From: Verrucomicrobiota bacterium
Lineage (GTDB): Bacteria > Verrucomicrobiota > Verrucomicrobiia > Opitutales > Cerasicoccaceae
DNA length: 64,000 nucleotides
Direction of reading: 5' to 3'
NCBI GenBank assembly: GCA_039818205.1
Contig: JBCBUK010000001.1
Coordinates: forward strand, 320,001 to 384,000
Part shown: in pieces, positions 49,072 to 57,971 of the stretch
How positions within the stretch are numbered: the first letter of the stretch is position 1
How the letters are laid out: each line of letters begins with the position of its first letter
Translations under genes and position numbers: made by a program
The notes under the pieces: generated by a model
What the model saw: the letters and a program-made list of their open reading frames with translations, nothing else
Database searches by the model: none
Told to the model about the DNA's origin: nothing

Positions 49072-50661
49072 GTGCCCGAAATTTTTGTAACTGGTCATCA
49101 AAACCCCGATACGGATTCTATTGTATCTGCGCATGTGTTTGCGTGGATGCTCGAGCAAAGCGAACCCAACACAACCGCGACTCCACTTCGCCTCGGCGAC
49201 CCCAATCCCCAAAGCGCCTGGCTTTTTGAAACGGCCGGAGAATGCCTGCCGGCCTTGCGTACCGATTGCCGCCCGACACTTGCTGAGGCCTGCGCCAAAG
49301 CACCAACTGTCAGTCCAGATTCACCGTTATCTCACGCACTCCGTGTCCTAAGAGAGAACCGATCGTCCGTTGTCGTAGTCCAAGAAGAAGACGGCAAGAT
49401 TGTTGGAATTATCAGCGATCGCATGCCGCGGGTAAACTATCTACTCAGCGCCAATATCGAAGATATGTTGGGGACCTTGTTGCGCTGGCAAAATGTCGTT
49501 GAAAGTCTACCACTCAAGGCGGTCAATCGAGTTCCTGTCGAACGCGAGCCCTCCGGCATGCGATTTGTCAGCGGCATAAAGCCCAGCCCGAATGACGTGC
49601 TCGTTACCGGATCCGAGCCAGCCGACCCAACAGGCATTCTCCAATCAAACCCAGCCGCCATCATCGTAGTCGGGCCGGATCGCTGCCCATCTCTCGAAGA
49701 CCAAGATAAGATTCCGGTGTACAGTTACCAAGGCAGTGCGTTTGCTTTTTGCACCAGCCTCGGTGGATGTATTCCTTGCCGCAATGCGATGGAAACGGAA
49801 TACACAACCATCGATTCGGAAGAAATCCTGTCCGAGACTCGCCATAAGATCGCTCAGGCCGAGCATGGTCTCCTGGTCGTTCATTCATCCGGGCAGCTTG
49901 TTGGATTGGTGACCTCACAGCAACTGGCCGAAGCCCAGCGTCCATGCGTGGCTCTAGTCGACCATTTTGAAAAGGCGCAAAGTATCAAAGGCCTCCAAGA
50001 GGCCTCAATCGCGGCAATCATCGACCACCACCGGATCGGAGATATTGAAACCAATGAGCCAGTCGACATCGATTGCCGCATCTGGGGTTCAACCGCTAGT
50101 ATATTATTCGCACGCTGCCGCGAAAGCGGACTGGAGGTATCACCAAGCAAAGCACGCCTCCTACTTGGAGCACTGATTGCAGATACCCTGCTACTACGCT
50201 CTCCAACCACCCGAGAACAGGATCGACGCATTGCCCAGGAACTCGCGTCACTTGCCGACGTCGACCTCAACAAATTTGGCATGGAGGTACTCCGTCGAAA
50301 TGATCAACTGTTGAGCGCACGGGCTGATGACCTCGTCAGTTTGGACTGCAAGACCTTCACCCACGGTGATCACCGCTTCATCGCAGCCCAGATTGAGACT
50401 GTCGATATCGCCGCACTATCCAATGAACGGGCCACAGAGCTCGATCAAGCCATTGCAAATCAGTTAAACGGTAAAGACTTCGCTGCATTGATGATTACCG
50501 ACGTCATCAAGCAGTCGAGTAGACTCTCAATCCTAAGCCATAGCGATCACTGGTTGCGAATTCTGACACCTGACACCAACGAGCCAGCCTGGATGGTCGC
50601 AGACTTTGTCTCTCGTAAAAAACAACTCATCCCCTACCTCTTAGATCGCCTCAACTCATGA
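49072..50661 (+). CDS. ppaC: Family II Mn-dependent inorganic pyrophosphatase with CBS/DRTGG-like insert
   Basis: 'GHQNPDTDS', 'LVDH', 'IIDHH', 'DTLLLRSPTT', 'SRKKQLIP', with a CBS-like insert. Confidence 0.85.
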   Translation: MPEIFVTGHQNPDTDSIVSAHVFAWMLEQSEPNTTATPLRLGDPNPQSAWLFETAGECLPALRTDCRPTLAEACAKAPTVSPDSPLSHALRVLRENRSSVVVVQEEDGKIVGIISDRMPRVNYLLSANIEDMLGTLLRWQNVVESLPLKAVNRVPVEREPSGMRFVSGIKPSPNDVLVTGSEPADPTGILQSNPAAIIVVGPDRCPSLEDQDKIPVYSYQGSAFAFCTSLGGCIPCRNAMETEYTTIDSEEILSETRHKIAQAEHGLLVVHSSGQLVGLVTSQQLAEAQRPCVALVDHFEKAQSIKGLQEASIAAIIDHHRIGDIETNEPVDIDCRIWGSTASILFARCRESGLEVSPSKARLLLGALIADTLLLRSPTTREQDRRIAQELASLADVDLNKFGMEVLRRNDQLLSARADDLVSLDCKTFTHGDHRFIAAQIETVDIAALSNERATELDQAIANQLNGKDFAALMITDVIKQSSRLSILSHSDHWLRILTPDTNEPAWMVADFVSRKKQLIPYLLDRLNS

Positions 50662-51905
50662 GCCGGGAAACGATCATCCATGTGCCGCGACGCTTCGCCC
50701 TCGACGAATGGGGCGGCACGGAATCGGTGATCTACAATCTCTGCCGCCAACAGTACAAAGCTGGACTAAAACCAGAGATCCACACCTCACGGGCACTAGC
50801 CCCAACTCCCCGCGAAACCTGGCGTGAAATACCAATCGTTCGCCACCGCTACGTCTATCCATTTTTTGGTCTAAGCGATCGCGAGATCCACGCCCTCGAC
50901 AAAAAAGGCGGCAACCTCCTTTCGCTATCGTTGTTAACCAGCCTAGCGGGGAGAAACGACGTACGGGTTTACCATGCCCACGTAACGAAACGTATGGGTG
51001 CAACGGTCCGAACGGCCGCCAGGCTTCGTAGTCGCCCCTTCGTCGTTACGCTACATGGCAACATTTTTGATGTCCCCAAAGACGAAGCCCAATCGATCGT
51101 TGCCGCTCAGCAAGGGCACTTTGAATGGGGTCGCCCATTCGGCATGCTACTCGGTAGCCGCGACCTCTTAGAAAAAGCCGACGCCGTCGTTTGCGTTGGC
51201 TATTCTGAGTATGAAGCCGCGCAAAAACATCTTCCCCAAGAGCGCCTCCATTACCTGCCGAATGGAGTCGAGCCCAATCAATTGACAGATGGTGACCGGG
51301 CAAAATCGCGCGAACAACTGGGACTCGCAGCGAACGACTTTCTGTTCGGCTGCATTAGCCGCCTGGACCCACAGAAGAATCAGAAGCTGCTAATCGAGGC
51401 ATGGATTCGGGTCCGGTCACAGATGCCCAACGCGCGACTCCTCCTTTGCGGGCCCATAACCAATCCCGACTACGCCGAGGAATTGAAGACCATCATCAAC
51501 GCCTCAGAATTCGCGAAAGATGTCCATTGGCTACCGCCGGTTGAAGTCGAAAGCGACCAACACCGGGGTTTGCTTGCGGCCTTGGATTGCTTCGTCCTCG
51601 CTTCCCGACACGAGCCCTTTGGCATCGTTGTGCTTGAGGCCTGGTCCACCAAAACGCCAGTTATCGCCTCAGCCGTCGGTGGCCTGCAACGACTGGTCTC
51701 CCACGAAGAAACTGGATTGCATTTCTCGAGTGGCAAGGTCGACGGACTCGCTGCCCAGATGAAGCGCATCATGACTGAGCCTGACCTCGCAGCGCAACTT
51801 GCCAGTAGCGGACGAGAAGAAGTTATCCAGCGCTACACTTGGAAAACAATCGCAGATCAACAGGAATCAATTTACCAACAGGCAGAGGAACGATACCGAC
51901 CATGA
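50658..51905 (+). CDS. GT4 glycosyltransferase
   Basis: 'WGGTE', 'SRLDPQKNQ', 'SRHEPFGIVVLEA'. Confidence 0.9.
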   Translation: MSRETIIHVPRRFALDEWGGTESVIYNLCRQQYKAGLKPEIHTSRALAPTPRETWREIPIVRHRYVYPFFGLSDREIHALDKKGGNLLSLSLLTSLAGRNDVRVYHAHVTKRMGATVRTAARLRSRPFVVTLHGNIFDVPKDEAQSIVAAQQGHFEWGRPFGMLLGSRDLLEKADAVVCVGYSEYEAAQKHLPQERLHYLPNGVEPNQLTDGDRAKSREQLGLAANDFLFGCISRLDPQKNQKLLIEAWIRVRSQMPNARLLLCGPITNPDYAEELKTIINASEFAKDVHWLPPVEVESDQHRGLLAALDCFVLASRHEPFGIVVLEAWSTKTPVIASAVGGLQRLVSHEETGLHFSSGKVDGLAAQMKRIMTEPDLAAQLASSGREEVIQRYTWKTIADQQESIYQQAEERYRP

Positions 51906-52792
51906 ACGACTTACCTGAATCCATCAGCCTGGTCATGCGATCCTACAACGAATCGTGGGCCATCGGTGACACCCTTCAAGGCATCCTCGACCAGGACTAT
52001 CCCGGGAAAATCCAACTGATCGTGATCGATAGCGCTTCGACGGATGGATCCCACGAGATCATCCGAAAATTCGACCCCGACGCATTTGAGATACTCGAGC
52101 CCGGAACTTATGTTCCCGGCAAAGTGCTCAATCGCGGCATGCAGCTAGCCACCAATGATTGGGTAGTCTACTTGAATAGCGATGCCACGCCTGCCAACCC
52201 TCAATGGCTTAGCGAGCTGTTAAGAGTAGCTATCAACACCCCAAACCTGGGCGCCGCATTTAGTCGGCAGATCCCGCGAAACGATTGCCACGCCGTATTC
52301 GCGCATGACTACGATCGTTGCTTTGGCCCAGAGCGAGAAAGCGTCAACTGGCCAAACTTTTTCAGTATGGTTAGCTGCATCACGTCAAAATTTATCTGGC
52401 AGGATTTTCCGTTTCGTGAGGACCTTCAATACGCTGAGGATGATGAATGGTCCCGCCGAATGAAATCTGCTGGCCGAGAAATCGTTCTGGCGGAAAACTC
52501 AATCGCTATCCACTCCCACAACTACACGTTTGCCCAATCCTACAAACGTTCCCGAGGGGACGCGATTGCCGTTGCTAAGGCCGGCCACGCCAACCCCGTT
52601 GGCAACAAGCTCAAGTTTATGCTCATGGGTACTGCCAAGGATGTACTCGCAGACTTAAAATTCTGCCAACGCACACACCGACTCGGTGAATGGCCCCATG
52701 CGGTTGGTGTGCGCTGGCAACAGCGACGCGGGCGAATGGATGGATATGACACGGGCGCTGCTGAGCGCAACGAAACTCAAACCGCCGGCTAA
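51902..52792 (+). CDS. GT2 glycosyltransferase (rhamnosyltransferase-like)
   Basis: 'MRSYNE', 'IDSASTDGS', 'LNSDA', 'FSRQIPR', 'AEDDEW', 'HSHNY'. ATGA overlap at 51902. Confidence 0.88.
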   Translation: MNDLPESISLVMRSYNESWAIGDTLQGILDQDYPGKIQLIVIDSASTDGSHEIIRKFDPDAFEILEPGTYVPGKVLNRGMQLATNDWVVYLNSDATPANPQWLSELLRVAINTPNLGAAFSRQIPRNDCHAVFAHDYDRCFGPERESVNWPNFFSMVSCITSKFIWQDFPFREDLQYAEDDEWSRRMKSAGREIVLAENSIAIHSHNYTFAQSYKRSRGDAIAVAKAGHANPVGNKLKFMLMGTAKDVLADLKFCQRTHRLGEWPHAVGVRWQQRRGRMDGYDTGAAERNETQTAG

Positions 52793-54021
52793 TGAAAATT
52801 CTGACGATCAGCAACCTCTACCCTCCCCACCACGTGGGCGGTTACGAGGTGCGTTGCCAACAAGTCATGGATCGCTTGCGAGGCTTTGGCCACGACGTCC
52901 ACGTGTTGACGTCCAACCATGCAAAGCCGGGAGTCAGCGAACCCGATCAGGCTGGCATCGAGCGGTCGCTGCGTATTCATGGTTTCTTTGGGCACCCTTG
53001 GTTGCCGACACATCAACTCATCCAACTGGAGCGCGAGAATCACCGGACTCTAGAAGCCGCGATCGCGCGCATTCGACCCGATGTGATTCATGTTTGGAAC
53101 ATGGGCGGAATCTCTAAATCTCTCATTCACCGCCTGGAAAACGGAAATATACCGATTGTCTATGATGTCTCGGACCACTGGATCGCCCGTAGCCTCAAAG
53201 CCGACGTTTGGCTTGATTGGTGGAATCGTCCCGCCCGCGGCGGCTCTGGATTGATTCGGCACCTAGTCGAGCTACTCGCTCAACGCAAAAAGTTTGACCA
53301 AGAGACGCCGACTTACTCCTGGGACCGCATTGCGTGGAAGAACATCTACTTCTGCAGCGCCTTTCTCCGACAGCTCACCGTCGATGCTGGATTTCCTGTT
53401 CAACATGGTAGCGTCATTTATTGCGGAGTCGAAACCGGTAAGTTTGAATCAAAAATTGATTACTCCGAACTGAAGAAACTCCTGTTCGTAGGGCGCCTGA
53501 GCGAGGACAAAGATCCGCTCACGGCAATCCGGGGCCTCGCGGTTGCAAGGCAGAATGGCCTGGAGGTGACTCTCGATCTTTACGGAAAAGGTGAACCCGC
53601 CTACGAACAACAACTCAAAGACGAGAGCCAAAGACTTGGCGTTGACGAACAAGTCCAATTCAAGTCCACGACACCAGAAAAAATGCGTCGCGTATACTCG
53701 GAATACGATGCGCTGCTATTCACCAGCAACTGGGGCGAGCCATTCGCATTAACCCCGCTAGAAGCAATGGCCTCAGGCCTTCCCGTTGTTTTGGTCCCCG
53801 ATGGCGGAGATGTCGAACTCGGTCGAGAGGGCGGCAATTGCGTCCTTGCCGAAGCAGCGAATCCAGAGAGTATCGCCGCCGCTCTAAAACGGTTGAGCGA
53901 CGATCCGGCATTACGACAGACGATTGCGCAAACCGCAAAAGCTGAAACCATGGAACGCTTCGACTTGGAACCGATCAGTCGCCAGATCGAAGCGTTTCTC
54001 GAAAATGCCATCGAAGGCTAA
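52792..54021 (+). CDS. GT4 glycosyltransferase
   Basis: 'SNLYPPHHVGGYE', 'FVGRLSEDK', 'EPFALTPLEAM'. Confidence 0.9.
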   Translation: MKILTISNLYPPHHVGGYEVRCQQVMDRLRGFGHDVHVLTSNHAKPGVSEPDQAGIERSLRIHGFFGHPWLPTHQLIQLERENHRTLEAAIARIRPDVIHVWNMGGISKSLIHRLENGNIPIVYDVSDHWIARSLKADVWLDWWNRPARGGSGLIRHLVELLAQRKKFDQETPTYSWDRIAWKNIYFCSAFLRQLTVDAGFPVQHGSVIYCGVETGKFESKIDYSELKKLLFVGRLSEDKDPLTAIRGLAVARQNGLEVTLDLYGKGEPAYEQQLKDESQRLGVDEQVQFKSTTPEKMRRVYSEYDALLFTSNWGEPFALTPLEAMASGLPVVLVPDGGDVELGREGGNCVLAEAANPESIAAALKRLSDDPALRQTIAQTAKAETMERFDLEPISRQIEAFLENAIEG

Positions 54022-55238
54022 CGATCGTCGTCCGCGTCTGGCTTTGAGATAAATGCCTTCAAGCGTGCGATGTAATTCTTCAAACCGTGGTCGTCGATCG
54101 TCTTCTTGAATGTGCCACCGAGCATCCACCAAATCAAACGAAACAAGGGCGGGTTCTTAATCATAATAAAGCCCTCTTTCGAGGTCGCGCTCCGCTTGAT
54201 ATGACGCATGTCTCCATGATGAGCGAAATTTGAAGAAATCTTCACCATATCACGCGTCAGATCTATTTTAAATATACTGTTCGCTTTCGATAGCAGCCAG
54301 GCGCAAGCGGTAACAAATGCATCCGGCACCTTCCGCGTCATTTCGTTCCAACCAAAGAGCAAATTAAGCGGCTTTACGCACAAGCGAACAATTGATGGAA
54401 CTAACACTGGTGGAACCCGCGGAACAAGATCATTCTCGTTCACAACCCGATAGATCGGTGATTTGATACTGTACTCGAGCTCCTCACTAGCGACCCGTGG
54501 CGATCCAAATGTATAGCAGGCGCGAATAGAGTTCTTGGAGATCTTGCTACCAAAACGTTCGCTCTCCAAACCCGGCTTCTCGGGATCGTACAGAACCTCG
54601 GCACGTCCAATTTGGTGGGTTGCAATCAAAGCAAGCCCACCTCCGAGGCTATGCCCCGCGATGTAAATTTTATGCGGATCATCGCCCGCCACCAAATCCT
54701 CAATTCGCGCTTCAATCTCTCTCTGAATCGACTTAAAGCTCGAAAAGAAACCCTGATGGACCTGAAAGGTCACGTTCTCGTCCATCAAACGCAGATCGCC
54801 CAAACTCAAGTTTGTCTGCCAATCGCGGATCTTGTTGAACTCAGTGCCACGAAATACGATCGCAACCACCTTTCCCAGCGCATTGTTCTCGGTGCTCCGA
54901 GCGACATAGGCCTGGGTGTCCGTCTTGCGAATATGGATCGGATCGCCAATGAGTTCGAAATCATGCGCTTCAAGCCCACGCTTCAAATCGGGTAAACGGC
55001 CTCGAGCATAAAAGCTATCGACATCTAGGAGCCCTTCAGAGAGCAGCTCTTGTGCGGATTCTGCATCGTTAGCAGTACGGATTTTTTCCGCCATTGCAGC
55101 AATGCTACTTTCATCGTATTCCTCGCAACGAATATAGGCCAGGTCCGACAACTCGGCCATAATTAAAGCAATTCGCTCGGAAAACCCCTCCCGCTGGTTT
55201 GGGAGAGCACGCATGCGCTGACTATCGAATTTTCGCAT
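54018..55238 (-). CDS. Class 3 lipase-family protein
   Basis: 'VFRGTE', 'VHQGF', 'GHSLGG', 'YTFGSPRV', 'NDLVPRVP', C-terminal 'DHGLKNY'. Confidence 0.88.
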   Translation of the reverse strand: MRKFDSQRMRALPNQREGFSERIALIMAELSDLAYIRCEEYDESSIAAMAEKIRTANDAESAQELLSEGLLDVDSFYARGRLPDLKRGLEAHDFELIGDPIHIRKTDTQAYVARSTENNALGKVVAIVFRGTEFNKIRDWQTNLSLGDLRLMDENVTFQVHQGFFSSFKSIQREIEARIEDLVAGDDPHKIYIAGHSLGGGLALIATHQIGRAEVLYDPEKPGLESERFGSKISKNSIRACYTFGSPRVASEELEYSIKSPIYRVVNENDLVPRVPPVLVPSIVRLCVKPLNLLFGWNEMTRKVPDAFVTACAWLLSKANSIFKIDLTRDMVKISSNFAHHGDMRHIKRSATSKEGFIMIKNPPLFRLIWWMLGGTFKKTIDDHGLKNYIARLKAFISKPDADDDR

Positions 55239-55301
55239 TGGATCCGTTTAAGTTGATTGGGCGACTGGAGTTTCAATTCTCCAAGTGTCCTTCATATAGG
55301 A

Positions 55302-56192
55302 TTAGTTGACGGGCCAATGGCGAGTAACTTTTTCGGCCTCTAACCTTGTCCATTTCTGCCCAGCAACTGACTCGGCGTGAGGAAAAAAATTCAAGCCGGT
55401 TTTCGCTTCAATATCATCAACCGAAGCACCGAATGCTTCACGGTCGGTGAAGTTGGCATTGCGCGCAACATCTTGCGGGAAGATATAGGAAATCATCTCC
55501 ACCGAAGGAATTCGACCCCCCTCAAAGTCCAACGTGTATTCACGATCGGTGTCCACAATGATCAAATAAAAGGCATCGGGAATCTGAATTTGGCGCTCGC
55601 TGCCCTTCTCTACAAACTCGATGTTTTCGTCAAAGATGGGCCCCACGATGACAAAGACATGCTCCTTCTCATCCGCCAAATCGCGGATCCATCCCTCAAG
55701 CCGCATCCAGGCGCCACGATTCAGGTTTCCGTCCTGCGGACAGATATTGCTCATCAAGAACGTCTCCATTTGAGCGAGCGAACCATACTGATTGCCGATG
55801 ACTGCGTTGGGAACCATGTGCCCACGATCCATGCCGCCCCCAAAAGTCTGACCATGAACCTTAGACTCGGTCCGCAAATCGCGCGGGAAAAACTCAGACC
55901 GATTCGACCGTGTGATCTCCCCGGCTGACGTGCCGCTGGCCTTATAGATCGCCCAAAGAGGATTGCGACGCTCGTCGCTGTAACCAACCGCAAAGCCGTG
56001 ATTGATCAGGGCGATTATCTCTTCATCGTTCGTGTTCTCGGGTATCTGACCCAAAGCAAAAATTTGCAACAAGTAGAGGTCGTCCTTAGAATCCGTAGCT
56101 AGCTTGGTGTTTCCCCAAAACTGGGAAGGATCAGCTTTAAGACTGAGCGCTCCCAGGCAAATCGTAAATAGAGCAAATCGTAGAGCAGTCAT
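55302..56192 (-). CDS. Secreted DNA/RNA non-specific endonuclease (NucA/EndoG-like)
   Basis: Signal peptide; 'DRGHMVP', 'TFLMSNICPQ', 'NRGAWMRLE', 'IPDAF'. Confidence 0.92.
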   Translation of the reverse strand: MTALRFALFTICLGALSLKADPSQFWGNTKLATDSKDDLYLLQIFALGQIPENTNDEEIIALINHGFAVGYSDERRNPLWAIYKASGTSAGEITRSNRSEFFPRDLRTESKVHGQTFGGGMDRGHMVPNAVIGNQYGSLAQMETFLMSNICPQDGNLNRGAWMRLEGWIRDLADEKEHVFVIVGPIFDENIEFVEKGSERQIQIPDAFYLIIVDTDREYTLDFEGGRIPSVEMISYIFPQDVARNANFTDREAFGASVDDIEAKTGLNFFPHAESVAGQKWTRLEAEKVTRHWPVN

Positions 56193-56283
56193 GATTTGAA
56201 CAAAGAATGGTTGATTAATGAACAGGCCATATCGAAAACATTTTCTGATAAGGCCACACAGGGATACTTAATTTGGGCCGCTT

Positions 56284-56631
56284 GGGTCAATTGCTTACTG
56301 ATGCGTTACAGAAATGTTTCTGTCGCCCGCATACCGGGCTAACCCGCACAAAATGCTCATACTCAAGGATTAATTCCGAAAGTCACCGCCCACGGACGAC
56401 CGATGAAGCCGCTCGCCCAGCCAGCGATTGCTGATGGCATAATTTGACCTCAATCCTTTCGCAATCCAGTGCTTCCAGTCCATTCTCTTCGGTTCCAACA
56501 GGCTACAGTCAAAAGCTCCCCCCGCCCTTGTGCTTGGTGAACAGATCCTGCCGGTAGTTCCCGCGATTGATCACCTGGCAGCGGGCACCTGGATACTCGA
56601 TGCGGGGTGCGCGTGGCATGCAGCTGACCCC
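56284..56631 (-). mobile_element. Internally deleted Y1/RAYT-like (HUH) transposase remnant 1
   Basis: ATG at 56619 gives MPRAPRIEYPGARCQVINRGNYRQDLF, then a stop at 56509. Another frame then reads 'PKRMDWKHWIAKGLRSNYAISNRWLGERLH', like the C-terminus of such proteins. Bounded on the minus strand by GGGGTCA (56625-56631) and TGACCC (56284-56289). Confidence 0.7.
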
Positions 56632-57082
56632 TTGGCCCTCTTCTGCAAAGGTTCCAATTCGAATCTCGATATAAAAAAATCAAAATGAATGTGGCTACAA
56701 ATGAAAAGCCCAGGTAGATCAGAACATGAAAACCCTTCAAACCGAGCCTCAAATAAACACCCTCCAATTCCTTTGATAACGCGAGCTTCACAGAACCAAT
56801 AGACGATAAAGCATAAGCAATCAAAAACAAAAAAGTCACTGACACAATATAACTGAAAAGGTTTCTACCAAACCAATTGAAGTAGTGCCACGGCACATCA
56901 TACACGCCCACAACGTCCAAACCTAGTAGCACTGAAGCAAGGTTTAAGAAGAAGAAAAATTCTAATGCTGTACAAGCCAAAATATCGGAATCGACCTTGT
57001 TTCGACGATCAAAATGATGATAGCTGCAAGCTAAAATAAAAAACGGGAAATTATATACTATCAATACAAGTTTTCTCAACAT
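56450..57082 (-). CDS. AT-rich multi-TM hypothetical protein (paralog B); C-terminus runs into the transposase remnant
   Basis: Collinear with 57142-57570 over about 140 aa ('YHH', 'FFFF.NL', 'VPWHYF.WFGRNL', 'EGVY'). Confidence 0.7.
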   Translation of the reverse strand: MLRKLVLIVYNFPFFILACSYHHFDRRNKVDSDILACTALEFFFFLNLASVLLGLDVVGVYDVPWHYFNWFGRNLFSYIVSVTFLFLIAYALSSIGSVKLALSKELEGVYLRLGLKGFHVLIYLGFSFVATFILIFLYRDSNWNLCRRGPRGQLHATRTPHRVSRCPLPGDQSRELPAGSVHQAQGRGELLTVACWNRREWTGSTGLRKD

Positions 57083-57093
57083 AACCACAGGAA

Positions 57094-57118
57094 GGGTCAA
57101 AAAGGGGTCAGGCTTTTC
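57094..57118. repeat. GGGTCA/GGGGTCA repeat block between the two paralogs
   Basis: GGGTCAAAAAGGGGTCAGGCTTTTC; the 20-mer at 57099-57118 is identical to 57664-57683. Confidence 0.9.
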
Positions 57119-57141
57119 CTATTCCGAGAAGTTCAAACTGC

Positions 57142-57570
57142 CTACCGATACTCTCGATGCAAAAAAACAAAAAAGAAGGCAACCAATATTGAGGATATAG
57201 CATAAACGACAGCGTGTAGAGGCCTGAAACCAAGAATCTTGTAAACTCCCTCAGTTTCTTTCTTCAAGACGACTTCTACAGCTCCCAAAGACGACATAGC
57301 GTAAGCTATAGAAACACAAACAACGCCTGCACCAATATAAGTCTCAAGATTCCTGCCGAACCACTTGAAATAGTGCCATGGAACTGTCAAGACATCGACC
57401 AATTCTAGGCACAACAGCAACGAAACCAAATTGATAAAAAAGAAAAACAACCATGTTACACATGCATGAACCTCTGAGGCTGGTTCGCTTCGCCGAGCAC
57501 TGTGATGATAAAAGCAACATAGCAGAAATAACGGGAAGCAAAAAATTTTGGATAAAATTCGATTTAACAT
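57142..57570 (-). CDS. AT-rich multi-TM hypothetical protein (paralog A)
   Basis: 142 aa, about 4 hydrophobic segments, paralogous to the adjacent gene. Confidence 0.75.
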   Translation of the reverse strand: MLNRILSKIFCFPLFLLCCFYHHSARRSEPASEVHACVTWLFFFFINLVSLLLCLELVDVLTVPWHYFKWFGRNLETYIGAGVVCVSIAYAMSSLGAVEVVLKKETEGVYKILGFRPLHAVVYAISSILVAFFFVFLHREYR

Positions 57571-57626
57571 ATAGACAACGTGTACGATACCACACTAAAA
57601 GCCAGAATCCAAACCTCCATTAAGCG

Positions 57627-57683
57627 GGGGTCAAAAAGGGGTCAGGGGTCAAAAAAGGGGTCAAAAAAGGGGTCAGGCTTTTC
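57627..57683. repeat. Array of five GGGGTCA heptamers with short A-tract spacers
   Basis: Copies start at 57627, 57638, 57645, 57657 and 57669. Confidence 0.92.
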
Positions 57684-57741
57684 GGATTGATATTTTTGTT
57701 CTGACTTCCTCTCGAAATTCGATGCGGGGTGCGCGTGGCAT
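57673..57741 (-). mobile_element. Y1/RAYT-like transposase remnant 2 (minimal stub)
   Basis: MPRAPRIEFREEVRTKISIRKA*, whose TGA is the start of the first TGACCCC repeat. 25 bp at 57719-57743 are identical to 56597-56621. Confidence 0.6.
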
Positions 57742-57884
57742 GCTGACAATGGGCCAGCGAGAAGCAAAAGTGTTAATCCGCGAAGGCTGCCCCCGTCCCT
57801 GCCCTGCCGCAAAGCTTGACGTCCTCCTCCGTTAGCTTCGATGTCGTTCGCGCCGATTTGTTGTTCGCAAATTACTTGCGCCTG

Positions 57885-57922
57885 AAACAAAAGAAAAAGC
57901 GCCCCGGAATTCGGGACGCTTC
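57885..57922 (-). terminator. Rho-independent terminator of the giant-protein gene
   Basis: Minus-strand hairpin AAGCGTCCCG-aattc-CGGGGCGCTT followed by TTTCTTTTGTTT, about 50 nt after the stop. Confidence 0.75.
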
Positions 57923-57971
57923 GAAAAGAATATGGATTGGTGACTGAGACTGACCAGTCAGGTCCGAGGCA

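Noticed and set aside
54018..57570. Lipase plus membrane paralogs as a T6SS effector-immunity set
   Set aside because: No VgrG, PAAR or RHS genes are in the window, and the gene order and intervening nuclease do not fit.
57627..57683. GGGGTCA array as a CRISPR array
   Set aside because: The repeat is 7 bp with 0-5 nt A-tract spacers, and no cas genes are present.
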